A stretch of 37,940 nucleotides of DNA, taken from positions 1 to 37,940 of the forward strand of contig DATAHG010000604.1 in assembly GCA_036263295.1 (NCBI GenBank), given 5' to 3'. This DNA comes from Thermoanaerobaculia bacterium (lineage in GTDB: Bacteria > Acidobacteriota > Thermoanaerobaculia > Multivoradales > UBA5704). The notes under the pieces were generated by a model, which saw only the letters and a program-made list of their open reading frames with translations, was not told where the DNA came from and searched no databases. The translations under genes and the position numbers were made by a program. Positions within the stretch are counted from its first letter, which is position 1. The number at the start of each line of letters is the position of its first letter. Positions 26,573 to 35,541 of the stretch are shown here, piece after piece.

Positions 26573-27627
26573 GGCCGCCCTCCCGGAGCGCCGTCCAGCA
26601 GCTCGCGGTAGACCGCCTCGTAGGCCGTCACCACCGCCTCGGCACCGAAGCGGGCCTCGCAGTCCCGCCGCACCTCCCGGCGGTCGAGGCCGGGCAGCAG
26701 GCGGACCGCGGCGGCGGCCTCCTCGGCGCTGTCGCGGACGAAGCCGTTGATGCCGTCGCGCACCACCTCGGGGACGCTGCCACGGCGCAGGCCGATCACC
26801 GGAGTGCCACAGGCCAGGGCCTCGGCCATCACGATCCCGAAGGGCTCCTCCCACTGGATCGGCATGAGCAGCGCGGCGGCCGAGCCCAGCAGCGCGCTCT
26901 TGGCGTCGTCGTCCACCGGTCCGATCCAGCGCACCGCGCCGCCGTCGAGGTGTGGCGCGATCTCCCGGTCGAAGTAGCCGGCGGCGGAGCCGGTCTCCAC
27001 GCGGTTGCCGGCGATCACCAGGGACCGGCCGGCGGCGCGGGCGATGGCGATCGCCAGATGAACCCCCTTGATCGGCTCCAGGCGGCCGAGGAAGGCGAGC
27101 GGCGCGTCGGGCGACAAGGCGGGGACGAACCGGTAGCGCGCCAGGTCCACCCCGTTGAACACCACCCGCCAGGGGGCCGGATCGTGGCCGCACAGCAGGC
27201 TGGCCGAGCAGGCGGCGAAGAGGAGCGAGCCTCCGCCCAGCCGGCGAGCCAGGGCGACGCTGCGCCAGGGCACCTCGCGCTGACAGCACTGCAGCTTGGG
27301 CAGACGCCGCAGCGGCAGGACCGGCGCGAGGGCGGCGAGCCGCCCGAAGCTGTGGACCAGGTCGAGCCGACGGCGGCGGCGCAGCAGCCCCGTCCCGGCC
27401 TGCCACAATTCGGCGGCGCGGCGACGCATCCCCTGATGTGGCGGGGCGCCGTACGGCACCAATTCGCCGGCCGTGCGGCTCTCCGGATGGGCGAAGAGGA
27501 CCACCCGGTGGCCGCGCGCAACGAGGCCGCGGGCGAGAAGGTCGACGATCCGCTCGATGCCGCCGTAGAGCCGGGGCGGCACCGGCAGATAGGGGTCGGC
27601 GGTGAGGGCGATGCGCAGCGGCTTCAC
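26569..27627 (-). CDS. glycosyltransferase, GT4 family
   Basis: GTG start at 27627 (GTGA overlap). VKPLRIALTADPYLPVPPRLYGGIERIVDLLARGLVARGHRV, then FLGRLEPIKGVHLAI and QWEEPFGIVMAEALACGTPVIG. Confidence 0.85.
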   Translation of the reverse strand: MKPLRIALTADPYLPVPPRLYGGIERIVDLLARGLVARGHRVVLFAHPESRTAGELVPYGAPPHQGMRRRAAELWQAGTGLLRRRRRLDLVHSFGRLAALAPVLPLRRLPKLQCCQREVPWRSVALARRLGGGSLLFAACSASLLCGHDPAPWRVVFNGVDLARYRFVPALSPDAPLAFLGRLEPIKGVHLAIAIARAAGRSLVIAGNRVETGSAAGYFDREIAPHLDGGAVRWIGPVDDDAKSALLGSAAALLMPIQWEEPFGIVMAEALACGTPVIGLRRGSVPEVVRDGINGFVRDSAEEAAAAVRLLPGLDRREVRRDCEARFGAEAVVTAYEAVYRELLDGAPGGRP

Positions 27628-28871
27628 GCGGCGACGGTCCTCTCGACGGCGCCCAGCAGGGCGCCGCGCTCCAGGGGGTGCTCCCAGTGCCAACGGCGGC
27701 GGGCGGCTTCCCAGGCGGCGGCGCGGGCGCGTCCCAGCCGTTCGCGGTCTCCCGCCCAGAGCTGCAGGCCCCGGGCGAGCGCCGTCACGTCGCCCGGCGG
27801 ATAGAGGAACGCTCCCTCCCCCAGGTCGCGGGCGAGGGGGGTCTGGCCGGGGGTGGCGCTGGCGGCGATCGGCATGCCGGCCAGGATGTAGGTCAGCGCC
27901 TTGTTGGTCAGGCAGAGGTTGCGATTGAGCGGCTGGGCCTGCTCGGCGGCGAGGCCGGCGTCGTGACCGGCGCAGAGCTCGACCATGCGGTCGGGCGCGG
28001 CGGGCTCCAGCGGGACGATGCGCAGGTCCGGCGCGCCGGCGGCCAGCTCCCCGAGATACTCCAGGATGCCGCCGGCCGGAACACCCCGCAGGCGGATCTC
28101 ACCGGGGATGCGCGCCTGCGCCATGGCGCGGACGGCATCCTCGATCCCGCGCCCCGGACCGAGGGTCTGGCCGAACCAGTAGAGCCGCAGCCCCGGCCCG
28201 GGCGATGGCGCCAGGGCGGGGGGGAGAGCCGGCAGCGGGAAGGTGTTGTGGATGGGAATGGCGGATACCCCGTAGCGCTCCCGGTACGCCGCGGCGATCG
28301 CGGCGCTGCCGGCGGTGAGGAAGGCGGCGCCGGGAAGCACGGCGCGCTCGATCCGGGCGGCGAGGGCGTTGGCCCGCCGTCCATCCGGCCGGTCATCCGG
28401 GTGCTCGCCCGCGAAGAAATCCTCGAGGTCGAGCGCGTAGGGAACGCCGGCCCGCCGGCCCGCCGCGGCGGCGGCGGCAAGGCCGCCGGTGGTGCCGCCG
28501 TAGAACAGGTCGGCCGGCTCCGCCAGCGCCGCCCGCACCAGCTCCGGATGGACGCGGCCGAAGGCGCGGGCGGCGAGGCCGAGAGGTGCGCGCTCCGCTC
28601 CGAGCAGGCGCACCCCGGCGCGTGCCGTCCGGCAGCGTGCCCCGCTGCGCAGGTGCGTCCGCCGTCCCGTGGCTCTGTGGTAGTCCACCACGCTCCAGCG
28701 CCAGGATCGCGTCCGGCGCAGCTCCCGGTCCCCCTCCGTGGCCCAGTCCATGAAGCGGGCGCTGACCACGCGCACATCGTAGCCGGCCTCCGTCAAGGCA
28801 TCGGCGGCCTTGACCAGGCGCGGGCAGGTGGAGAGCTGGCCCGCCGTCATCACACAGATCCGCGTCTTCAT
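27624..28871 (-). CDS. GT-B fold glycosyltransferase-like protein (divergent)
   Basis: ATG at 28871 (MKTRICVMTAGQLSTCPRLVKAADALTEAGYDVRVV), ATGA overlap. C-terminal NKALTYILAGMPIAAS resembles GT1/GT4 C-domains. No clean E-x7-E motif. Confidence 0.6.
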   Translation of the reverse strand: MKTRICVMTAGQLSTCPRLVKAADALTEAGYDVRVVSARFMDWATEGDRELRRTRSWRWSVVDYHRATGRRTHLRSGARCRTARAGVRLLGAERAPLGLAARAFGRVHPELVRAALAEPADLFYGGTTGGLAAAAAAGRRAGVPYALDLEDFFAGEHPDDRPDGRRANALAARIERAVLPGAAFLTAGSAAIAAAYRERYGVSAIPIHNTFPLPALPPALAPSPGPGLRLYWFGQTLGPGRGIEDAVRAMAQARIPGEIRLRGVPAGGILEYLGELAAGAPDLRIVPLEPAAPDRMVELCAGHDAGLAAEQAQPLNRNLCLTNKALTYILAGMPIAASATPGQTPLARDLGEGAFLYPPGDVTALARGLQLWAGDRERLGRARAAAWEAARRRWHWEHPLERGALLGAVERTVAA

Positions 28872-29788
28872 GGGTGCCAGGAGTAGCAGAGCCGGTGGGC
28901 CAGCTCCTCGGCGCCCAGGCCGGCGACCATCATGAAACGTGACCGCTCGAGCGGCGGCTCGTCCGGCGTTGCGAAACCGGGGCGGGTGGTGAAGCCGAAC
29001 TCGTAGCCCGCCTGGCGCACCAGCTCGACCGTCTCCTGCGTGTAGTCCTGGCCGGGCTGGCCGTTGGGATAGGCGAAGGCGGTCACCGGCCGGCCAGTCC
29101 ACTCCTGGAGCTGGCCGCGGTTCGCCGCGATCTCCGTCTGCTGATCAGGCCGGCCGGCGCGGGCGAGGATCGGATGAGAGACGGTGTGGCCGCCGATCTC
29201 GCAGGCAGGCCGGGCGGCGACGGCCTGCACCTCGGCCGGCGTCAGCACGGCCTCCGGATCGCCGGCGTGAACCGGGCGCTCCAGTGCCGCGGTCCGCTCC
29301 CGCCATTCCGGGTAGGCGACCTCCTTGAGGCGCTCGGCCTCGTCCTCACCGCTCGCCTGGGCCACGGCGTCGAACCAGAGGGCGACTTGCCGCTCGATCG
29401 GTCCGGAAGCGGCGAAGAGCAGAGAGGGGAGGGCGTGGCGCTCCAGGATGTCAACGGCGGTCAGGAACGAGCGGTAGCCGTCGTCGAACGTGAAGAGCAC
29501 CGGCCGTTTCGGCAGCGGTGGTCCGCCGGCGAGCGCCGCCCGCCACTGCTCCAGGCTGATGGGATGGCAGGTGGCGCGAATCAGCCGGCAATGGTCGGCC
29601 AGCTCGCCGGCGCGGACGTGTAGGTTTTCGAACGGCAGGCTGCCGGCGGGCAGACGGTCGTCCCGGACGCCGTGGTAGCAGAGCACCGCCACTCCCGGGA
29701 AGCTCTTCTGCGCAAGCTCCCTTCGATAGTAGCCGACCGTGTGGAGCCACCGCTTGACCCCCTGCTTCAGAGGCAGGCTCAGTCTCAT
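28868..29788 (-). CDS. polysaccharide deacetylase (NodB homology / CE4)
   Basis: ATG at 29788 (ATGA overlap). NodB motifs LFTFDDGY, IGGHTVSHP and AFAYPNG. Confidence 0.85.
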   Translation of the reverse strand: MRLSLPLKQGVKRWLHTVGYYRRELAQKSFPGVAVLCYHGVRDDRLPAGSLPFENLHVRAGELADHCRLIRATCHPISLEQWRAALAGGPPLPKRPVLFTFDDGYRSFLTAVDILERHALPSLLFAASGPIERQVALWFDAVAQASGEDEAERLKEVAYPEWRERTAALERPVHAGDPEAVLTPAEVQAVAARPACEIGGHTVSHPILARAGRPDQQTEIAANRGQLQEWTGRPVTAFAYPNGQPGQDYTQETVELVRQAGYEFGFTTRPGFATPDEPPLERSRFMMVAGLGAEELAHRLCYSWHP

Positions 29789-30510
29789 GTCCGCGGGCCC
29801 GGTTTGCGGCAGTGAATCGTAACGAGCACGGGATAACGGGGATCCTCCACCTGGAGCTCCGCCGGGGTCAGCTCCTCGTGAGCCAAGCCGAGCATGGCGG
29901 CCAGGGCGGCCAGGCAATTGCCGTGGCTCTCCACCTTCACCTCGCAACCCGGCCAGACCCGGGCCGTAACCTCCCACCAACCCGCGGCGCTGATGCGCCA
30001 GTAGTCCGGCCCGTCCGGGATGAGGGGGCTGAACACCGCCGTGCTCGCAAGAATCGCTCCCCCTGGCCGCACCACCCGGAGAGCCTGCCGCAGACACTCT
30101 TCGAGATCCCGCAGGTGCGTGAGCGTATTGGGGAGCAGGAAACAGTCATAGCGTTCCGCGGGGATGAGCGAGCCGGCCTCGGCCAGATCGCAGCAGTATG
30201 TGGGGGCGAACCGCGGCTCGATGTCGACGGAGTGAGCCGTCGTCACACCCTGGCCGTAACGCCTGGCGTAGCTCGGCGCCTGGATCTCCAGGACTTCGCC
30301 GGTGATGTCGGCGCGGTGGCGTTCGAAGAAACGATCCAGATAGAAGCGGTCCACCGGGGTGCCGCGATCGAAGCCGAAAGTCTCGGAGAGCGGCCGGGTG
30401 CGTCGCAGGTTGCCCCAGCGCGGCAACGGCTTGCCACGGGTGAGGCAGCGCAGACGGACGGTCCAACGTGGGCCCAGCCAGCCCTTGAGACGTGCGCGGA
30501 AGCCGCTCAT
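29785..30510 (-). CDS. SAM-dependent methyltransferase-like protein (class I fold)
   Basis: ATG at 30510 (ATGA overlap). VLEIQAPSYARRYG ... YDCFLLPNTLTHLRDLEECLRQALRVVRPGGAIL matches the motif I / post-I / motif III layout of class I MTases. The first Gly-rich motif is degenerate. Confidence 0.65.
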   Translation of the reverse strand: MSGFRARLKGWLGPRWTVRLRCLTRGKPLPRWGNLRRTRPLSETFGFDRGTPVDRFYLDRFFERHRADITGEVLEIQAPSYARRYGQGVTTAHSVDIEPRFAPTYCCDLAEAGSLIPAERYDCFLLPNTLTHLRDLEECLRQALRVVRPGGAILASTAVFSPLIPDGPDYWRISAAGWWEVTARVWPGCEVKVESHGNCLAALAAMLGLAHEELTPAELQVEDPRYPVLVTIHCRKPGPRT

Positions 30511-31883
30511 GGCGTGCCGCCGGCATAGAGCGCCAGGTAGTCGGCGGCAACCTGATCCATGGTGCGGGCGGCCGGCAGGCCGCGCCGCCAACGGTCGAGG
30601 GTGCCCGCCGGATCCTCGGCCACCTCGCGTAGCGCGGCCGCCAGGGCAGCACGGTCCCCGGGCGCCACTAGCCGGCCGCTCACGCCATCCGTGACCAGCT
30701 CGGCGAGCCCGCCGAGCCGCGAGCCCACCACCGGCGTGCCTACGGCGTGGGCCTCGACGGCGACCGTGGGGCCCCCCTCATGACAGAGCGAGGGGCAGGC
30801 CAGGACATCGTAGCCGGCGAGCACTTCGAGGACCGCTCCCGGCGGCACGGCCGGGGCGAACGAGATCCGCGGGTCCCCTGCCGCCAACCCCTCCAACTCG
30901 GCCACTACGGCCCGCTCAGCCGCCGTGCGGACCGGCCCCCGCAGCTCCAGCCGCAGCGGCACGCCGGCGGGAAGGCCAGCCACCGCGGCCACCAGGTCGT
31001 AAACCCCCTTGATCGGATCGAAGCGGCCGAGGTAGCCCACGGTGACCGGCGGCGTGCTGGGCCGCTCGTCCGGTCCCGGCTTGCGCCGGACCTCGCCATG
31101 GGTGTGGCCCAGGCGGTTCAGGGCGAGCTTCTCGCGCGGGAAACCGTTGGCGGCCACCGCCTCCAGCGCCCAGCCGGTGAGGACGACGAAGCGGTCCAGG
31201 TCTGCGAGAACCTGGCGCTGCCGGGCGCGGTTGCGGGCGATCAGGTCGCTCATGCCGAGAGCAGTGCCGGCCCGGCCCGGCAGGCCCCCGAGGTGGCGTC
31301 CGGCCCGAGGGGGCAGCGCCCCCACGGCGCGGGCCAGCGCGCGGGGCAGGCCGCGCCCCTGCAGATCGCAGGCGGCGCAGCGCGCCGGACGGCAGAGGCC
31401 GTCGCAAGGCTCCGTGCCCCAGAGCATCAGCGTGCCGCGCTGGCAGATCCACCCCAGGCTGCTCGAATGGGTGGTGGCGACGGTGCGCGCCCCGGCTGCC
31501 CGCGCGGCGGCGATCTCGAACGGCCCGAGGCCGGTGACAAACGTATGGAAATGGACTACATCCGGCCGCTGTCCGGCGAGCCAGGCGTGGAACCGCTCGG
31601 CGCCGCGCGCCGGCACCTCGGATTGTGCCTCGGCGCGGGTCGGCGCGGCCGGGATCGGGTAGCGGAAGACCGGGATGCCGCCATGGACGTACTCGCGCGA
31701 CACCCCGCCGGGGTCCGGCGCGGCAACCCGGACCTCGTGCCCGGCGTCCTGCAGCCGGCGGGCGAGACCCGCGACGTAGACCTCGGTGCCACCCAGGCTT
31801 TCGGGGTAATACCAGCCGGCCGCCTGGACAATCCGCAGGCTTTTTGATCCCTCGGTCACGGGCGGTTTCGGGAGAAGATTCAT
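30507..31883 (-). CDS. glycosyltransferase, GT4 family, with Cys-rich insertion
   Basis: LRIVQAAGWYYPESLGGTEVYVAGLARRLQDAGHEV, then YLGRFDPIKGVYDLV and HEGGPTVAVEAHAVGTPVVGS. Five Cys lie between aa 147 and 172. ATG at 31883 (ATGA overlap). Confidence 0.85.
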   Translation of the reverse strand: MNLLPKPPVTEGSKSLRIVQAAGWYYPESLGGTEVYVAGLARRLQDAGHEVRVAAPDPGGVSREYVHGGIPVFRYPIPAAPTRAEAQSEVPARGAERFHAWLAGQRPDVVHFHTFVTGLGPFEIAAARAAGARTVATTHSSSLGWICQRGTLMLWGTEPCDGLCRPARCAACDLQGRGLPRALARAVGALPPRAGRHLGGLPGRAGTALGMSDLIARNRARQRQVLADLDRFVVLTGWALEAVAANGFPREKLALNRLGHTHGEVRRKPGPDERPSTPPVTVGYLGRFDPIKGVYDLVAAVAGLPAGVPLRLELRGPVRTAAERAVVAELEGLAAGDPRISFAPAVPPGAVLEVLAGYDVLACPSLCHEGGPTVAVEAHAVGTPVVGSRLGGLAELVTDGVSGRLVAPGDRAALAAALREVAEDPAGTLDRWRRGLPAARTMDQVAADYLALYAGGTP

Positions 31884-33727
31884 CGGTTGCGGCTCAGGAC
31901 CTTCCGCGAGGTCGGAGCCTCTCTTTCGATGCGAGTTGTCTCCTGCTGGACATTCACGCCGAACTCCCGGAGCACGCGAAGAGCCAGGCGGCGCGAGTCG
32001 AGCCCTTCCGAGGTTCCCCCCGGGGATCCCGTCTCCACGAAGTCCATCACCGGGATGCCGAAGCCGGTCTTGCGCCGCGCGAACACCGCGGCCGGCAGCT
32101 CGGGCGCGGCCCGCCGCACCAGCGCCGCCTTGCCGTCCGTGCGTGCGGGCTCGAAGCGGACCGCGGCGAGCGCGGCGCGCAGGCGGGCGTCCACCAGCGG
32201 CACCCGCAGCTCCAGGGAGCTCGCCATCGAGGCCCAGTCGGAGTCCCGCAGGAGCTGGTTGCGCAGGTACCGGCCCGATTCCATGCGGTGGACCGCTGTC
32301 CAGTCGTCTTCCCCTTCAACGAGGTGCGAGGCCGCATCGGCGACCGGATCACAGGCGGCCAGCCCCTCGGCCGCCTTCTCCGCCCCGAGCAGGGCGGGCA
32401 GCTCCCCGGGAAGGAACAGGCCGCGCCGCAGGAAGTAGGCCCCGGCGAGGCCGCGCCCGTGCTCCAGGAGGCTGGCGAGCTTGGGACGGCCGGGGGACAG
32501 GCGGCGCGCCGCGGCGGGCCAAAGCCGGGCGAGGCCGGGGACGAGCCGGCCGGCGGCGGCGGCGCGCGCCCAGCGCGGCACGTCGCGGAACGAGGGATAG
32601 CTGCCGAAGACCTCGTCGCCGCCGAGACCGGACAGGGCCACCTTGAGCCCCGCCTCGCGCGCCAGACGGGCGACCACGAAAGTGTTGAAGCCGTCGATCG
32701 TGGGCTGGTCCATGGCGGCCAGTGCCTGGGGCCAGAGCGCCAGGAAATCTGCGCGGCCAACCCGCCGCTCGACGTGGCGGGTGCCGAGACGGCGCGCGAT
32801 CTCGGCGGCGAGCGGCCCCTCATCGCGCGGCGTGCCCTGGAACCGGTCGAAGGTCAGGGTGAACGTGGCCGGCGGTTCGGGGAGATGGCGGCAGGCGAGC
32901 GCCGCGATCAGAGCCGAGTCGAGGCCGGCCGAGAGGAACAGCCCGACCGGCACGTCCGCCACCAGGTGAGCGCGGACGCTGTCCTCCAAAGCCTCCACGG
33001 CGGTCGCGCCCGGGGCCGGATCCGGCGCGCCGTGGAAGGGGCGGAGCTCCAACCTGGAGCGACCGCCGTCCGGTCCGGCCGTCAGGCAGCACCCGGCCGG
33101 CAGCGCCCGGATGGCGCTCCAGATCGTCCGCGGCTCGGGTACCGAGCCCCAGAGCAGGAAACCGGCTACCGCGGCCGGATCGATCTCGCGCGACACCGCG
33201 CCGGACGCTTCCAGCGCCTTGACCTGCGAGGCGAACCGGAGCGTCCCACCCTCGCCGCGATCGATCGCGTAGTAGAGCGGCTTGATCCCATACGGATCGC
33301 GAGCCAGGAAGAGGGTGCGCGCGGCCGAGTCCCAGATCGCCAGGGCGTACATCCCGCGCAGGCGGGAGAGCATCGCCGCCCCCTCGCGGGCATAGAGGTG
33401 GAGGATCACCTCGGTGTCGCTGTGCGACCGCAGCTCGGTCCCCTGGCGCGCCAGCTCGTCGCGCAGCTCGCGATAGTTGTAGATCTCGCCGTTGAAGACG
33501 ATCCGGTGGCGGCCGTCGGCCGAGGCCATGGGCTGGGCGCCGGCCTCCGACAAGTCGATGATCGACAGCCGCCGGTGGCCGAGCGCGGCGGCGCCGTCCG
33601 GCGCGATCCACTCTCCGGCGCCGTCCGGCCCGCGCGAGGCCATGGCGTCGCGGGTGCGGAGCAGCTCCGCCCGGTCGATCGGGGGAGCGTCGGACGAGAG
33701 GCGGATGATGCCGTTCAGGCCGCACAT
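31880..33727 (-). CDS. asnB: asparagine synthase (glutamine-hydrolysing) family amidotransferase
   Basis: Start at 33727 gives the canonical MCGLNGI N-terminus (Ntn Cys2). Also HRRLSIIDLS, FNGEIYNY, SDTEVILHLY, ARDPYGIKPLYY and the FLSAGLDSALI PP-loop. 615 aa. Confidence 0.9.
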   Translation of the reverse strand: MCGLNGIIRLSSDAPPIDRAELLRTRDAMASRGPDGAGEWIAPDGAAALGHRRLSIIDLSEAGAQPMASADGRHRIVFNGEIYNYRELRDELARQGTELRSHSDTEVILHLYAREGAAMLSRLRGMYALAIWDSAARTLFLARDPYGIKPLYYAIDRGEGGTLRFASQVKALEASGAVSREIDPAAVAGFLLWGSVPEPRTIWSAIRALPAGCCLTAGPDGGRSRLELRPFHGAPDPAPGATAVEALEDSVRAHLVADVPVGLFLSAGLDSALIAALACRHLPEPPATFTLTFDRFQGTPRDEGPLAAEIARRLGTRHVERRVGRADFLALWPQALAAMDQPTIDGFNTFVVARLAREAGLKVALSGLGGDEVFGSYPSFRDVPRWARAAAAGRLVPGLARLWPAAARRLSPGRPKLASLLEHGRGLAGAYFLRRGLFLPGELPALLGAEKAAEGLAACDPVADAASHLVEGEDDWTAVHRMESGRYLRNQLLRDSDWASMASSLELRVPLVDARLRAALAAVRFEPARTDGKAALVRRAAPELPAAVFARRKTGFGIPVMDFVETGSPGGTSEGLDSRRLALRVLREFGVNVQQETTRIEREAPTSRKVLSRNR

Positions 33728-33737
33728 GACAGCGACT

Positions 33738-34448
33738 CTACAAGCCGACCTTGCGCGCCTCCGCGCAAATGCCGGCACCGTCGAGCAGGCGGTCCGGCCG
33801 TTCAACCGCGGCGAGCCGGTCGGCCGGCAGGCCGCTTTCGAGGAAACCGCGGAGCGCCGGACGCGCGAACCCGGCTTCGGCCAGGAGGGCGAGCAGGCCG
33901 TCGCCGTCGTACATCCATTTGTGGTGGTCGAGGTCGGTGAGCCGGCGATACCAGGAGAGCGGCCCGGAGCCACGAGACGCCGTGGCCGGCCGCACCAACA
34001 TCATCTTCATCAGCAGGTCGCTGCTCGGCTCGCGGCGCTCCTCGGGCGGCAGTGCCCGATGATCGAGGTACCAGCCGACGATGGCCGCGACGTCCGGCAC
34101 GACCAAGCGGCAGAGGCCGCCCGGCCGGAGGGCGCGATGGACCTCCCGCAGGAGCCGCAGGGCCTCGTCGCGGTGGAGGTGCTCCAGCAGGTGCGAGCTG
34201 TAGACCACCGCCAAGCTCTCGGGACCATAGCCGAGACCCTTGCGGAGGTCGCGCCAGACCACGCCGCGGGGCCACTTGCCGATCTCCCGGTTGCCGGTCA
34301 AGCCGACGGCGAGGCGGGTCAGCCAGGGGCGGCCAGCGAGGCGGGCCTGCCAGGAGCCGTCCAGGTTGATCCAGCCCGGCGGGCTGTCTGGACCGCTCCC
34401 GAGGTTGACCCAGGGGCCTTCCGGCAGAGAGGGGTCAGCGCCGTGCAT
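33738..34448 (-). CDS. class I SAM-dependent methyltransferase (Methyltransf_11/23-like)
   Basis: VNLGSGP...WINLD, SSHLLEHL, ALRPGGLCRLVVPD and HKWMYDGDGLLALLAEAGF. Same layout as 25823-26572. Confidence 0.75.
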   Translation of the reverse strand: MHGADPSLPEGPWVNLGSGPDSPPGWINLDGSWQARLAGRPWLTRLAVGLTGNREIGKWPRGVVWRDLRKGLGYGPESLAVVYSSHLLEHLHRDEALRLLREVHRALRPGGLCRLVVPDVAAIVGWYLDHRALPPEERREPSSDLLMKMMLVRPATASRGSGPLSWYRRLTDLDHHKWMYDGDGLLALLAEAGFARPALRGFLESGLPADRLAAVERPDRLLDGAGICAEARKVGL

Positions 34449-35541
34449 CGAGCAGCCGGTCGAGGTGGGTGTCCAGGCGACGGTGAAAGGCGGGCGCGCT
34501 CAGCTCCCGCTGCCAGCGGTCGCATCCGGCCGCGCCCAGTCGGGCGCCGAGATCCGGATCATCCAGCAGCCGCAGGAGAGCGGCGGCGAGAGCCTCGGGT
34601 CCGCCGTCCACCAGCAGGCCGGTCTCACCGTCGCGCACGACCTCGGCCGCCGCGGTGCCGCGCAGGGCCACGCAGGGCCGGCCTGCGCGCATGGCTTCCA
34701 GGTAGACCAGACCGAACCCCTCGTCCCGGCTCGGCATGGCGAACACCGCGGCCCGGCGGTAGAGCTCCGCGAGGGTCGCCTCAGAGATGAAGCCGGTGAA
34801 CGCCACCGCCTCGTCGAGACCCAGGGCGGCGCGGCGGGCCTGGAGGCGGGGGCGGTCGTCGCCGTCCCCGGCGATCACCAGCCGGGTGCCGGGACGCGAG
34901 TGCAGGACGAGCCGCAGGGCGTCGAGCAGCTCGTCGTGCCCCTTGTAGCGCTCGCTCTCCGCCATGCGTCCGACAATCAGGATGTAGCCCTGGCCGAGCC
35001 GTTCCAGGAGATCCCGGTCGGGCTCCCCCGGAGCCGGGACTTCCTCGAGAGCCAGAGGAAGAACCTCGGCCCCAGGCAACGGGTGGAAACGTCGGGCCCG
35101 CTGCCGGGTGTAATCCGAGTTCGCCAGCAGGACCGCGGCGTTGTCGAGGGCCCGGCGGCGGTCCCAGGTCAGCTTCCGCCAGGCTTCGATCCCGTGGAGG
35201 AAGACCAGGTAGGGCGACCGGGCGCGGCGCGGCAGCATCGCCTGGACACGCGCCGGTCCCAGGAAGTCGTAGACCAGGGCCGGATACGCCCGGCCGAGTT
35301 GGCGGCGCCAGAGGGCGAGAGCCAGCCGGCGGGTGCTCCCTGCGAAGTGCTCGATCGGCAGCTCCTCCAGGGCCTCGGCGCTCCCGAGGGCGGAGCCCAG
35401 GTGAAGCACCCGGAAGGGGAGACTCCGCGCCGCGGCATAGGCCGCCGCTCCCCGGCACAGCAGGCGGCCCACCCGGGCCGTGCCGCCGCCACGCAGGCTC
35501 AGGCCAGCCGAGACCAGGACGAGGCCGCGGGCCGGGGTCAC
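34435..35541 (-). CDS. glycosyltransferase, GT4 family
   Basis: GTG start at 35541 (GTGA overlap with the dehydrogenase stop). IVGRMAESERYKGHDELL and SRDEGFGLVYLEAMRAGRPCVA (E-x7-E). Confidence 0.85.
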   Translation of the reverse strand: MTPARGLVLVSAGLSLRGGGTARVGRLLCRGAAAYAAARSLPFRVLHLGSALGSAEALEELPIEHFAGSTRRLALALWRRQLGRAYPALVYDFLGPARVQAMLPRRARSPYLVFLHGIEAWRKLTWDRRRALDNAAVLLANSDYTRQRARRFHPLPGAEVLPLALEEVPAPGEPDRDLLERLGQGYILIVGRMAESERYKGHDELLDALRLVLHSRPGTRLVIAGDGDDRPRLQARRAALGLDEAVAFTGFISEATLAELYRRAAVFAMPSRDEGFGLVYLEAMRAGRPCVALRGTAAAEVVRDGETGLLVDGGPEALAAALLRLLDDPDLGARLGAAGCDRWQRELSAPAFHRRLDTHLDRLLDARR

